NCBI GenBank assembly: GCA_951406725.2
Contig: OX597816.1
Coordinates: 123,504,001 to 123,568,000, forward strand
Source: Octopus vulgaris
Taxonomy: Eukaryota
Length of the DNA stretch: 64,000 bases
Direction of reading: 5' to 3'
Below the pieces are notes generated by a model. It was given only the letters and a program-made list of their open reading frames with translations. It was not told where the DNA came from and did not search any database. This document shows, in pieces, positions 38,818 to 52,868 of the stretch (positions are counted from its first letter, which is position 1; every line of letters begins with the position of its first letter). Made by a program: the position numbers and the translations under genes.

Positions 38818-40139
38818 TTTGTTTCTATGCATGAGTTCAAGATCAAGAATCATGGAAACTAAAACAAAATGCAAAAACGAAATAAAAATAGTATTTTTTT
38901 AGGTTTGATGTAGGATGTCTCCTGTTTATTAATGAAATGTAAATGTATTACATAATTTATTACGTTCATAAATGTTTGTAAATTTGTCTTCCTTTAAATT
39001 TAAGATTCTGCTTAAAAAAAATTGAAAAATTCTATGCCAATATGACCATATTACCTGAACTGGCAACTTAGATGGAGTAAATAATTTCAAATGTAAAACT
39101 TTGTTCATTGTATCATGTATGCATTTAGTAAGAAGAAATAGTATTTCAGGAAATTTATATTGCCTTTCACTTTAAATTTTATGCAAGATATGCCATTCCT
39201 TGACAATGTGGAAACGCAGTAGAATAGCTTTCATGATAACTCTGCATCTTGTTCTATAATGCTTGCATTAAGCAATGCTTTCTCATCCTAAATAACAGTA
39301 GTAACAATAAAAGTCGATGTTATAGTAGCAATAGCAGCTATACAAGTTAAAGTAATAACTATAGGTTTCACATTAATTCATCAGAAAGCCAAAAGAATTG
39401 ATGAATAAATTGTTGTGAGACAGAAAATACTTGTAAAGTTTTATTCAGCAATTTGTGTCTGTCACCATTCTTGTTGTCCCTTTTTCTTTGTTGATTATAG
39501 ATGCAATCTATGTGCACCATAGTTTATGTTTTATTTAAAATACTACTTACATGTAAAAATTAGAAGTCCCCATTCCCTAATACAAATCGTAATATATTTT
39601 GATATCCACCTTTGCATGTTTGTATGGGATTCATTGAGGCAGAATTTCTATTTCTAAGGACGCTTACTATTGCCTACCCTCCTCTGTTTCTAAACAAGTT
39701 CATGTTTCCTCATGACCGGATATGTTTTCACTGAAGATTGAAAACAAATCAGTTATCTTGTCATCAGTTATTACCTGATGACAAGACAAAGTGATACACA
39801 CACACACGTATACATACAAGGTTTTGATTGGACCTGTGCTATAGTTGAAGACACTTGCCCAAGGTGCCATGCAGTGGGAATTTAACCTAAAACCATATAT
39901 TTTAGAGGCAAACTTCTTAAACATACAACCATGTTTGTACTTATAATCATTAGAAATTTTTTGGCAAACACAAATATTGCTATTCAGAAAATGTCCATAT
40001 TTATGAAACCACCAAATAAAATTTCTTAATTATCATTGTTTTAATTGTTGTTGATGTTGTTAATGTTTTATTGATAATGAACAAAATTCTTCATAAGAAT
40101 TTTATTTTATGAAATTTTCCTTTCTCTTTAAATTGACAG

Positions 40140-41157
40140 CATGTCAGGAATGAGTTCTAGCCAACTAATTGAAGAGCTGATGAGAATCTCGAAGGAAGCT
40201 GCAGAGAAAGAAGAACAGATAGCAGCTAGTAATAAAGCTGTACCAGTTGTAATCGAGAGTCCAACAAGTAATACAGCTGAAACTTCTCCAGTTGCAAGTA
40301 ATACTCGTTCTGATGTGTCAAAGACATCTCCGACTGTATCCCATCAAATTTTTACCAATGCATCAGTTCATGATGATGGAAGAGATCTCGTTGCTATTCA
40401 CACTCGTACAGGGTCGCAAAAAGGAACCTCATTGTTCAATGATCTAGAGTGTTTGGACACACGGCCTATTGCCAGAAACACAAGCTATGCCACTGGTATT
40501 TGTAAAAGTTGGGGAAATATAACAAAAGTTGATAATATGGCCTTGCACAGTGGTGACAGAATGCAGACTCCAGGTATTGTAAAATCTGCACTCCGGCGAA
40601 TAAGTTCACATAAGTTTGACAAAAGAGAATCAAAGCTTGCCTTACCAAGGAGAGGAAGTACTCCTAAAGCAACAGACGGTCTTGAATTGAAAGTAGTGCT
40701 TTCCAAATCTGATCAGATATTCCACCCTGACACACTAAGACCTGTCTTCACACATAAAGGTGGAAGTTTTCGACGAGTTGATCCAATAGATACTAAATTT
40801 TCCTGTAGTAACAAGGACAAAAATAACAGCGTGTTAAAGAATACTAAGCCTTCATGTGAACCTGAAAAGCACAATACAAAAGAGATGTTACTTATATCAA
40901 GAGATGCTTCTCGAAAATGTGCATCTGATCAACCAATTGCCGATACAGGACGATCACATTCTAAGAAAGAGTCTCGTAAAATTAAAGCTCTGGACACAAC
41001 TGCAGTTTTCCCTGTTGAAACTATTAGTGTCATCAGTAAACCAGAACTGTTTGAACAGAAAGATACATCCCCAAAGAAGTCCAGCCCCCTAAAACATGAT
41101 AAAAATGAAGAAAATATGGCTGGAGATATTTGTAATTTTTCAAATCCTAAAGTTTGA
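40140..41157 (+). CDS. Probable terminal exon of the guanylyl cyclase, encoding a long Ser/Thr/Lys-rich C-terminal tail
   Basis: ttttcctttctctttaaattgacag|C. The C completes the phase-2 GG into Gly and continues into the 338-aa ORF 40141-41157, the only long non-repetitive ORF in the window. Confidence 0.85.
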
Positions 41158-41257
41158 ATATCATTGTTGGTCATTGGTTTCCAATACACAGACATACACA
41201 GTTTTTTCCTAATAATTGTTTGAATTGTTTCCCTTTTTACCATTGTTGTTATTCAGT

Positions 41258-41263
41258 AATAAA
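41258..41263 (+). promoter_or_regulatory. Candidate polyadenylation signal AATAAA
   Basis: First AATAAA after the stop codon, about 100 bp downstream. Weak evidence in AT-rich DNA; another occurs at 41775-41780. Confidence 0.3.
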
Positions 41264-42769
41264 GTCAGGTTTCATACAGGAATTTCCAACTATCTAAGGC
41301 AGTGCTCCAGCATGGCCACAGTCAAAATGACTGAAACAAGTAAAAGAATAAAAGAATATCTGGAAAAGGCAGTTATACATATCAAAATGGATCATATGAA
41401 GAAAAATATTTGTGGTAAAAGAAATCCATTATAAAAAAAATGCTAAAGAACTTGTGACAAACCATTCCCATACTTAATGTTAAAGAGATTTTACTTCTTC
41501 AATAGAGTTTTTGATCAGTGTTAAATAAGTAGTAAAATTTTCTAGCTATATACACAATTATACAGGCCATATATTTACATATATATATATATACAGAAGC
41601 ATATAGGCACTATGGGATACACAATGTTTTAAAAAGGAAAAAAAGAACTTTTTTTTTAATCTGAAGCACTAAACTTAATTTAGAAATGTGATTGTGGCTT
41701 TGTCAGTAAGACAGTAGGTATTTTTCACCTAGAGTATACTTGATGAATCCCGTCTTATACTGAAGTATAATTTTAATAAACTACTCCATTTCTATGTGAC
41801 ATGTATTACATAGAGATAACAAAAAAAAGAAAAGAAAAGAATGTGTTAAAAATGAGCCTTAAGATATTGTATATCTCTGAGGTAGATTAATTAAAATTTT
41901 TTTAGTCCAACCAGATGCTTGACACCAATTTTCTTCAATTCAATTAAAATTCTTGGACACATTATTTTTAAAGAATAGGTGATTTTATAATAAAGATTAT
42001 ATTTATATTTTAAAAATATTGATGGACACATATTCAAAGAATATTGGCTGCTTCTAAATATCTAAACTGGCTTCATTGTACAGAGTAGATTTCTTTCATA
42101 GCTGTTAGTAGAAAAGAAACTAATTGCACTTATGATTGTCTTCTTTTAGAGTAGGAGATAAATATATAAAAATATAATAATAATAATAATTATTATTATT
42201 ATATAAAATTTTTATTTTTACTATTATTATTGGTTTCTTATCACACTTGTAGGAAAAGTGTGTTCAGTTTGATTACAATAGTGAAAATATGTTTGTAGTT
42301 GAGTGGCAAACATAGTAGGGAGCAGACTAAATCTCATGCAGTATTTAGTTGCATCCTTCTAAATTCTCTGTTTAAAATCTTACTAGGTTAAACCTTACCT
42401 TTCACCTTTCTGCCAAGTCAAGGCTGGTAATAATAAGTGCCAATAATGTAGAAGATTCTGTGGAATTAACTGAACCCTATCCTTCTAAATTTGTTCTTTA
42501 GTGCCAAAGACAGAAATTAAGAATTTGTAATATTATCAAGACAATTCATACCAGTAGCAAGTAACAGCAAAATTTCTGGAGATCTGCTTACAGTTGCAGA
42601 TATCATTTTCCATTGGAATTTAAAGTAACAAATACTACATGTAAGAAGCAATCATGTGCATGCAGGCTTTTATGCACACAAACACAATATACATACACAC
42701 ATACATACATACATACATACATACATACATACATACATACATACATACATACATACATACATACATACA

Positions 42770-42859
<90 letters not shown>

Positions 42860-42861
<2 letters not shown>

Positions 42862-43401
42862 GGGTGTCCCAAAATTAACTATCCATTTCAGGGAAATCTG
42901 ACAATTTATTTTAAAAATTCACTTTTACATTTATCATGTTTAATTTGTGTTAAAAGTGTAAAAAGTTTTAATTTTGTTTATAATTTTGTAATTTTTATAA
43001 TTTTTTTTTTTTTTTGTAATTTCATTTTCATTCCTGTTGGATCCTGCTTATCTGTCCATGACAGCATTGTTTTTAATTTGGCTGCAATCATTTTCTCTAA
43101 TTCCATCCCTCAGATGGAGCAATAGTTTAGTTGACCTTCACACATTCAGTTAGCAGTGCTGGAGGTAACTCCTTAAATGCTTCAAAATTTGTTTTGATAA
43201 GCCAAGGATAAATTTGAAACTTGCAGGGATACAGATGGAGAACATGTTGAAAGTTTTCAATAAAGATTTCAATAGATTTATAAATAAGATTTATAAATCT
43301 ATTTGTTTTGGTGTCATAATGAAGTAATAAACATAAAATTCTGTCAGTTTCTTAAAATATTTACCCAATTTCATTGAAATAGTTAATTCTGGGGCACTCT
43401 G
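42860..43401. mobile_element. Tc1/mariner-type non-autonomous DNA transposon (MITE) inserted at TA
   Basis: TIRs tagggtgtcccaaaattaactat and atagttaattctggggcactctg (consensus CAGGGTGTCCCAAAATTAACTAT), with TA on both sides. Confidence 0.8.
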
Positions 43402-43946
43402 TATATAAACACACACATACACTCATACATTCAATGGATATGAATTAAAGGAGATAAATATATGATGATTCTTTTTAGGAAATATACACAAATACAATTG
43501 TGACAAGTTTTGGCACAATGTCACTCAGCTTCAAAAATTATTTCCAAATTACATTAGCTCTTTCACAAATGCTTCTGTGTTGAAGAACTCATTACCAAAT
43601 CAAATATTGAACATGGAAAAATGAAATATCATTCAATTTTCAATTAAAACCTGGTGAACTGAAGCCTAACAATAATCAATAACAGTCAAATTCTAAGTTA
43701 ATATGTGAAAATATATTCCTTCCAATGAACACAGACATATATGTATTAAAATTTACATGATTTCAGATATATGCTTACATTCTGGATAAATTATAATACA
43801 GATACATAGTTACATTTAGACACGTATCAACATATAATATAGTATAGAGATATTTTGTGTCCAGATGCTTAAAAATTCACACATACATATTGTACATATA
43901 GGTATATACATATGAATGTGTGTGTGTATTTGTATATATATATATA

Positions 43947-43996
<50 letters not shown>

Positions 43997-44428
43997 CATG
44001 TATATATATACATATAAGTATACATATGCATATGTGTCTATATATGTATATATATTATGTATTACATTAAATTAAATCATTCTAGACAAATGGCTCTATG
44101 TTTTGTTCCAGAAGAGATTATCAAACACAAAATATTATGATCAATCAATAGAATTTATAGTTAAGAATGAGTGGAATTATTTGAAAGCTATAAATTCCAT
44201 CAGCTAAACTAAATACCTCATTCATTTGATAGCTCAGTTTGAGTGAAGCATGTGGCCATCTGTAATGAATTATTTTATATATTATTCTTGTCATTCAGCC
44301 CTGTGTTGAGTCATTTCATAAATAATCTTTCATATATATGTATATAGTGTACTATTCCATGATGGTAAGATTAACAAAATAAGTACTCCATCTGGTGAGA
44401 GATGAATGTTATTTAATAAATAATCACA

Positions 44429-44481
<53 letters not shown>

Positions 44482-44485
<4 letters not shown>

Positions 44486-44869
44486 TATGAGCTCTTAATA
44501 GTTTTATGCAGTTTTTAACATGTCTGGTGTCTTCACACAATTCTCAGGCTGTGCTCATATGGCATGACAAGCTAAAACAGATTGCTAGGATGAGAGTAAA
44601 ATGAGAAAAGGTAAGAGGGGAGTAGGTATAAAAAGTAGAAGGTTGAAAAACCGAAAAATGAAAATATTCTTTTTCCAGTTTTTCAACGTTCCTCCTTTTA
44701 CATCTACTCTCCTCTCATCGTTTCTCAGTTTTTTCTCTCATGCTATCGTCTTGTTATAGCTTGTCATGTCATGTGGGCACAACCTGAGGATTGTGTGAAG
44801 GCACCAGACATGTTGGAAAATGCTGTCTGAGATGTATTCATCGCATGAAACTATTAGTAGCTCATAAAT

Positions 44870-44870
<1 letters not shown>
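44482..44870. repeat. Fold-back element with ~180-bp arms between (TA)n and (CA)n tracts
   Basis: ttatgagctcttaatagttttatgc...aacatgtctggtgtcttcacacaattctcaggctgtgctcatatggcatgacaagcta pairs with tagcttgtcatgtcatgtgggcacaacctgaggattgtgtgaaggcaccagacatgtt...gcatgaaactattagtagctcataa. Centre near 44665. Confidence 0.92.
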
Positions 44871-44910
<40 letters not shown>

Positions 44911-45879
44911 TAAACACATATATGTGTGTGTGTATTATATATAAACATCATCATTCTGCCTGTTTTTCTGTCTGCATGGGTCAGATGTGTATATAGGTCC
45001 TCTCTAGTAAAGCATCTTTTTGCATTTCTTTATCTTCCCCATAGTGATATTGAACTTCATATGACCAGCTTAAGATTATATATGATTCTTCTCCTAATTT
45101 CCTTAATCTTCTTCTTACATACATTCATCCCCCTTAGATCCTTTGGTATTTCTATTTCTTTATCCAACTGTCACATTCCATATGCATCACATGTCCCAAG
45201 CAGTATAGTCTTCTCTTTTTCACATCTCATTATTTTCATACCTATTTTCCTATCATGCTAGTTGTGTTTCATATTCAACATTTACGTTTCACTATAATAC
45301 ATCACACTTCATACAGAAGTATTGTTCAGTTTCCTTTTAGAGGTAGGAGAGAGAAACCCATTGCTACCATTTGAAATAATAGCTAACTGAAAATTTTCCC
45401 CCACAATTTTCATCTGGTTACTTCTGCTGCTAATTATGTCAGTTAGGCAATAGAAGCTAGCAACTGATTCAGGGAAGCCTTCCAAGCATTTGAAAGAATT
45501 TATTCCACAGCCGATCTTAATGCTAACTACGACTGTGCATTTGCTACATACAAAGCCTTCTTTTCCTGAGATCCTGCAATGTCTCTTTTGTGTATAATTT
45601 ATGGTACAGAATTACTACACTATACAAAATTACTACTTACTCCTTTTCTGCAAATCAGGTATGGGCTTGGCCACTTCCCAAATGGCAGAAGAAACATTTC
45701 TTTACTGCTAACTGAAACTTTTGTCCTTGCTAGCTTTAAGACCTCTCAGTTTCTGGATATGCCTCCTCTTTTGGAACTTTGTAAATCTTTGACAGATTCA
45801 TCAAGTAGACAAAATCATCAGCATACAGGAGTTCTCATAGACAGCCAAACTTAAATACATCTGTTATAGCTTTAAAAAC

Positions 45880-48000
45880 TATAAAACACAGTAGTGATGT
45901 TGAGAACTGAACCCTGGTGGACACCTACTTATGTGTTAAATTCCTCACTATACTTATAGCTCTCACCACTTTGCTGATGACATTTCTGTATATAACTTCA
46001 TAGTTCTTAAAAACTGTTTTCATCTAGACCCAGTTTTCTTAGCTAACACTAAGCTACAGATCATGGTATCTTATCAAAGCCCTCTCTGATTCAAAGAATG
46101 CTATGTATAGTGGCTTTCTCTTAGCCAAGAAAGTTTTCTGTAGTTGTCTTACTTGGGGGACAGCATTGGTAGTAACTTGTCTTGGCCCAAACAAATGAAC
46201 TACAAGTGATTTAAGTTTGTTTGATTTGTGTTTTCTTTTACTCTTATAATTGGATCCAACAGTTTGATACCTCTGTAGATTGATGCTTCTTTTTAAAGCA
46301 TCTTATTCATCTTTGTTGTGATTTCTGATGAATTAGCATAGCTACATATTGGGTACTACCAGAATGTATGTTTCCTACTTTATCAGGTATGCCCAGTATT
46401 TCATTGATTGTCTCTAATTGACCAGCTACTTTCTTTTCATATTGTTCATCTTAATTAAGGCCATATATGTAGCTGTCACTTTCAGTAACTGGTTCCTCAG
46501 TTGGTCTTTTTGAGATAGTTCTATCTCTCACAAATCATCTATCAGCAACTTTTCATATCACATCCATCTATCTTTCTTCTTAGTGTTGGTAATGGCAAGT
46601 GCACTGCTATCATTCCACATACAGTTCTCCTTAAACATTTTAATTTATGCGCTCATTCAACATACAGTTTCCCTTAAACATCTTAATTTATGCTGACAAG
46701 CTGCTTAGCAATCTGAAACATTTCGTATCTCTGCCCCTTTCATCACAGAATATTCAAGGCGGTGAGCTGGCAGAAAAGTTAGCACAACAGGTGAAATGCT
46801 TAGCAGTATTTTGTCTGTCTTTACATTCTGAGTTCAAATTCTGCCGAGGCTGACTTTGTCTGTCATCCTTTCTGGGTCGATAAGTTATGTACTGGTGTCA
46901 ATCTAATTGACTGGCCCCTCCCCAAAAATTTTGAGCCTTGTGCCTAAAGTAGAAAAGAATATTCATAACTATCAAATTTTCAGCTTCCCTCTCTACTATA
47001 TACATCTAATGATAATCTTCTTTTCTAGCTAATTAGTATTGTTCCTATCTCTTTGCCTTTAATGCAGCCTTTTCACATCTGTTTCTTTACTTTTATGGCT
47101 CTATCTACTCTAACACTCCACTACCACATCACCTTTCATTGAGATGGAGCATGGTTCAACTACCAATCTGATTTCTGGTTTCCAGTCGGCTACCTGATAA
47201 AAACTCATAGGTTTCTTTCTTCTTTGCCTTCTTTTCATAAGCATCATCTGTCACTTCTTCAGATTGACTTTCATCTTTAAGTTTGTCAAGCCCTTATCCT
47301 GATGTTAATGATCAACAGTCTATGTTGAGTTACATTTTCCATCAGGAAAACCATTCAGTATTTATAAGCATTGACTCTCACATTTCCTTATGTGTATGAA
47401 GTCTACCTGACTGGCATTCTCTCTTGATTGGTTGATGACCATGAGGTTAAAAGGTTTCTTGATGTTTGTATCACAAAAGATTATGTCATTTGCATCACAG
47501 GAAACCAAGAGTTTTAAATTGTCTTCATTCTTTGTACTATATCCATAGCTCCTTTTTACATTTGAGTATCCATTGTAATGTTGTCCAACATGTCTATTAA
47601 AGTCCCCAACCATGACATTAGGGACATTGTCATTTGTTATTGAAATACTCTGCAAGAGAGTCTCATAGAAATGATCATATCTTTCTTATTCAGTCCTGAT
47701 TGGTGAACACATTCAGAAATCCTTGTTGCTATCATTAGTCTATCACTAGTATAAATTAATTAGTTTCTTACATACTCTGACTACCTCAATTACTTTATCT
47801 AGTTCTCTGCCAGCAAAATGCCAACTCCATGCAACCCAACACTTTTTTATCCACCCAGAAGAAATTGTACTTTCCTGTGAGAGGTCAATCTTATGCTCCC
47901 TTCCATTATAATTTCTTGTATACAGTACGTATCTTATTGCCTCCATTCTAACATATCTATAATTTCTTCAGACCTACTTTTCATTGTGCCAGTCACGAAA
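45880..48000 (-). mobile_element. Decayed RTE-clade LINE (APE endonuclease and RT remnants)
   Basis: Minus strand VMVGDFNRHVG...SQVDFIHIRK (APE motifs, 47362-47655) and VGVHQGSVL (RT motif, ~45902-45929). Confidence 0.8.
46757..46955 (+). mobile_element. SINE family A nested in the RTE remnant, 10-bp TSD
   Basis: Family A consensus; TSD agaatattca at 46747-46756 and 46956-46965. Confidence 0.88.
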
Positions 48001-49909
48001 TTTTGTACATGAGAACGAGAAAAAAATTTCCAAGGTGGGTAGATAATTTGATATCTATTTATGCATTTGAAGGATGAAAAATTGCAACGATTGTTTAACG
48101 ACAGTCAAGTGATTCTCTGATATTCCTTCCTGACCACCCCACTACCATGCACAGCATAAACATATTGAGTGTATATCTTGTATAAGCAATTAAAATTTTT
48201 CCCTTTTATTTATCAATGTCATGATTTTGACATGGTTTCATAAGCTAGATGTACTTCCTGTCAGCAAACACTTTGCAGCATAGACTGGATGCATTTATCA
48301 TGCTGCTGTCACAAGAAGAGTGATATATCAGAACTAAAGTGTCCACTGTACACTGTGTCAGCATTTACTCAGAGTTACTGCTCTCCTGAGATAAATTATC
48401 TGTACTGCAGCTTGTAGAGTGCATATCTTTCTAATCCATAATTTTGTTTAGAGTTAATGCTATCCTAGTCAGGCTGCCTTCATTATAACTGAACAGTCAT
48501 GAGTCAAGAAACTTTGATCATGATCACACAGTCGATCATATAGAAGCATGTTTTCTTTCATATATTGTCAGGATGATTGAAGTTGTGGTAGCTGGTCATA
48601 CTTGCCAAAATAGGAGGTGGACACAGGAAGATCGAGGGGTGCTTTTACATCATAGGAAGTTGACATGTTTATAGGGCAACGCAGAGTCTAAGTTAAATAG
48701 AGAAATAAACACTGTCTTAGATAAATTAAAATTTATGTTTCTGTGTTGCTATCTATAATAATCTGTGATACCACCATTTATCACTGAAAGTTTTGCAGAT
48801 ACTTATAATGCGGAATAATCCAACAAATACACAACTCAGTATGTTCCTTAGTTGCTTTTGGACTTCTACATAGAATAGGAAAAAAGAAAGGGAGTTGTAA
48901 TTACATATGTTAAGGTGCTGAACAGGTGACTCAATGACCCTATATTCCTTGCTACTGTCATTATGTTATTTCCTTTAATCAGGCATTTTGCTTAGTTCAC
49001 ATAAATTTCCCTGAATGAAAATGAAAACTCACAGAGTCTGCTCCTAAGAAGGGTATCAAGCAGAAAAGTCTCATTTTCAGCAATCCTCATATAGCAAAAT
49101 TAAAGTATGAAATGGAAAGCAACCCATCGAAACAAAAAAGAAAAGGGAAAAAAAATTAAGTATAGATTACTCTCACACATATCAAAATTTGTACCAAACC
49201 CAGTTCTAGAAAATTCAAAAGTAAGAACATTAATATGATAGAGAAATTTTATTAATAAAGCAAATGTGTCTATGTGTATAGATGAGAGTCTCTTTCTATA
49301 TACACTGACATGTATCAATACACCTACAACACATGCACACAACCTCATGATTTATACATGCAAGAAATTGTTTAACAAACATTCAACAACATTTGTTAAC
49401 CATCAAATTTTAATTTTACTTTTCAATACTTTGTTGACATCTGAAATTTATTGTCTAAAATATATCAATAAACAATGTAATGAACATTTACTTTGTAGTG
49501 TTTGTGACATGACATATAGCTTTTAGAAAATACGTTTAAATGTTTCATTGTTAAAAAAAGATGTATTAACAGGAGACAGAATATGAAGAGGAAGTGAACA
49601 AAGAAACAGGTGAAAATAAATTGATTGCAATACAGATGGAAGTCTACCAGCAAGATTTTAAATTTTAATGAGATAAGTATGTTATAGACAAACACTAAAT
49701 GACATCGAAGGAGGATGTGGAATCATAGTAAGTCATTTTATATTGGGCAGATGGCTTTCTTCTGAATATAGTAATGACGACCAGGGATGATTTAGGAATG
49801 TTTTAGTCAAGTATATTTAGGCCTCTGAAAGAAGCAAAAGTTACTAAAAAGTGAATTATTTTGTGATTTGAATGTAAACAACAAATTCTTTTAATGTCCA
49901 GTGTTACAT

Positions 49910-50335
49910 AACCAGTCCACTCAAAAGTACCTTGGATTGTAGGGTGACATGCCATGCTTGAGGGAGGAGACCTATTGAGTCAAGTACATAAAAATCAAAT
50001 GGAAATTGTAGTTGTGATCCCTGTGCCGGTGGCATGTAAAAAGCATCATCCAAACATGGCCAATGCTAGTGCCACCTTGACTGGCTTTCGTGCCAGTGGC
50101 ACATAAAAAGCACCAACCAATCATGGTCGTTGCCAGCCCCCTCTGGCCCCTGTATATGTATATAAAGCACCCAGTACACTCACGGAGTGGTTGGCATTGG
50201 GAAGGGCATCCAGCTGTAGAAATACTGCCAGATCAGACTGGAGCCTGGTGCAGCCTCCTGGCTTCCCAGACCCCAGTCGAACCGTCCAACACATGCCAGC
50301 ATGGAAAACAGACGTTAAGCGATGATGATGATGAT
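49910..50335 (+). mobile_element. SINE family C, long copy with internal subrepeats and (GAT)n tail
   Basis: gtgccggtggcatgtaaaaagca repeated internally; gagtggttggcattgggaagggcatccagctgtagaaa; tail gacgttaagcgatgatgatg. Confidence 0.8.
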
Positions 50336-51300
50336 GTGACACTGGAAATGTCATTAATGGACCTTTCATCAGAGATTAATAAGGATGGTAAATCCAAACA
50401 TAGAAAAAGCCTATAGATGGGTAGCTTCTAGATAAATTCTAGTATATAGTAGATGCTTATGTTGGGGTTTGCTGATGTCAAAGGCAACAGCATTACTTTT
50501 GGTGCAGTCATCAAAGGCCAAAAACGATTGTGGCATGATAATCGAGAGAAATTCTTGAGTTGATCAAAGTTTATGGGAATAGAATTGGTAGTCACCAAGT
50601 GTGGAGAGAGAGAAAGACAGGATGAGAGAGAGAGAGAGAGAGGATGAGAGAGAGAGAGTGAGTACAAAAGAGAAATATGGCAGTGATGTCTAAGTCTTTT
50701 GTTAGGTGAGTCTTGTGTGGTGTAAAAAGCAAAATTAGCACCAAATATATTAGCTTTATCTTCAAGGGGTCTTGATAAATTCAGCAAAACCAATATTGTT
50801 TGTATTGACATATTTCACAAGATTCCATCATAAATATATGTACACATTTTGAAGTTCTGTCATTCTTTCATATCTTGGAACTAGAAGTCTTCCAACAAGC
50901 CTGCTAACAATTGCTATCTTAACCGATAAATGGCAGGTAAAAGAATCCCAAAGTGTTAGCAGTGATCCGCTTGGCAAATTATTGAAAGGCTTAATTGCAA
51001 TCTGAGAAGCAAGACAATGTTATTTTTCTAATATATTGCAGGCTTGACAATGACGTTTATGAACTGTCCTGCAAGTGAATTCTTCTAAGTATTGTGAACA
51101 GTATTTTTTGCTTGTACTGTTGCAGGGTTGTTATTCTTATTTATACAGATGTTGAAGACAATTGTGATTAAATAAGCATATATGCAAAGTACTAGCAAGT
51201 GTGTGTGTGTGACTTGAGATATATGTGCAGGTATCTATTTTCCCATCTCTCCCTCTCTATGCATGTTTTTATGTGTGTGCGTGTGTACATGTGTGTGTTC

Positions 51301-51331
<31 letters not shown>

Positions 51332-52868
51332 TATATTTATGTGCATATATATATACATATATATATATATGTGTGTATGTATGTAGATAGGTAAGTATGT
51401 ATGTGTTTGAGTACCACTCTTTATTTACAACACAATAATCCAATGAATAAATTATTGAATTTCATGTCATATCATCTGACATCTGTGTGTGCTTTATTGC
51501 ATCACTAGGAAAGACATTGAAATCTTATTTCTTATGACTTCATATGAATTCCATAAATCACTAATACACACGCACACACACATGCACACACAAAGTTGGG
51601 GACAGTATACAAATGATTTAGTTTGGAGAAGAGCATGTTAAAACTGACTGATTTGCTCTTGTCTTTGTAAATAAACATGAAAGTATTTAGTGGTGCCATG
51701 ATGACCAAAACAGTTGCAAAACATTATTTTCACAAAATAGAGTACAAGCAATGTGATGAAAAAAACGTTGCACCATATTCTCCATAAAATGTTTGTGTAT
51801 AGCAATAGCATCTAACCACAGAAACCATATGGAAAATGGGATGTGCTAAGAGATGTGAACGCTGAAAACTTTAATGATAAATACTTGTTCAAGAAGACCT
51901 TAACTAAAATTTTATACTGGGTTGAAGGAACATTTTAGTTCTCTTCACATAGGACATGTTTAGTGCTGGTGGTATGATAAAGACCACCTATAATATAAAC
52001 AACACATAATTAGCTATTTTTCTCTGTTGCTGCAAGCACACAATTGTGTGAACTGTGGTGGTAGCATATCCAATCCATAGCAGCACAGATGTAAAATGAT
52101 GGTGATGGTAATAAGTTGTATCATCAGAAATATGCCTGAGTATAGACTGGTAGAGATAAGAGTATAAATATGCTTAATAGACAATGGATAAAGCATGTAA
52201 ATAAATGGCTGTAAACATGATGTGATAATAGTTGAATAAATATATGAGATCAGAAAACAATACTTCAATGAATATGTGCTTACAGGATTGATGAGATATT
52301 TATCGATATATTTGTATATAATAAATAACACGTATAAACATAGATAACATAGACAAAGAAATTTCAACAAAATATAACAGAATATTAAAATATTATTTAT
52401 TGTACGCAATTATGTAACGAGTTCCATAACTAGATTTTGTAACGCATCATTGAAGAAACCATCCATGGCATGTTGACTATGAGGATTTCATCTCTCTCAA
52501 ATTTCTGATATAAACCCCACCTGGGAAGAGAAGTTGAACTTAGGACTGTAAACTAATAAAACCTTCTGTTGTACAGCCTTGTTTCTGATTACAGCAAAAG
52601 TTGTTATTTATGTAGATTTAGAGTGAACTGAGCTGCATAACAATTATGTGTAGCCATAGACAAAATGCAGTGCTAATGACACAACACAAACTGTAGCCAC
52701 TTTGGTTGCTATTTGACAACCTACCAATATCCATGTTATGACACATGCACACTTACAAATATAATATACATGCACAGAGCTTTCAGGAGGAATTTTACAT
52801 GCTGGAACAAGACTGCTTTCAGACCTCGTTTATCCATTCACAACACTGAAGAAGGTCATAAAGAGCTT

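Noticed and set aside
41140-41157. C-terminal ...NPKV as a PDZ-binding motif
   Set aside because: The -2 residue is Pro, so it does not fit the class I S/T-x-V consensus.
50440-51180. Faint LINE or Penelope RT-like motifs here and near 15000-16200, 18050-19600 and 27990-28450
   Set aside because: Too decayed to assign family or boundaries by eye; needs a translated repeat-protein search.
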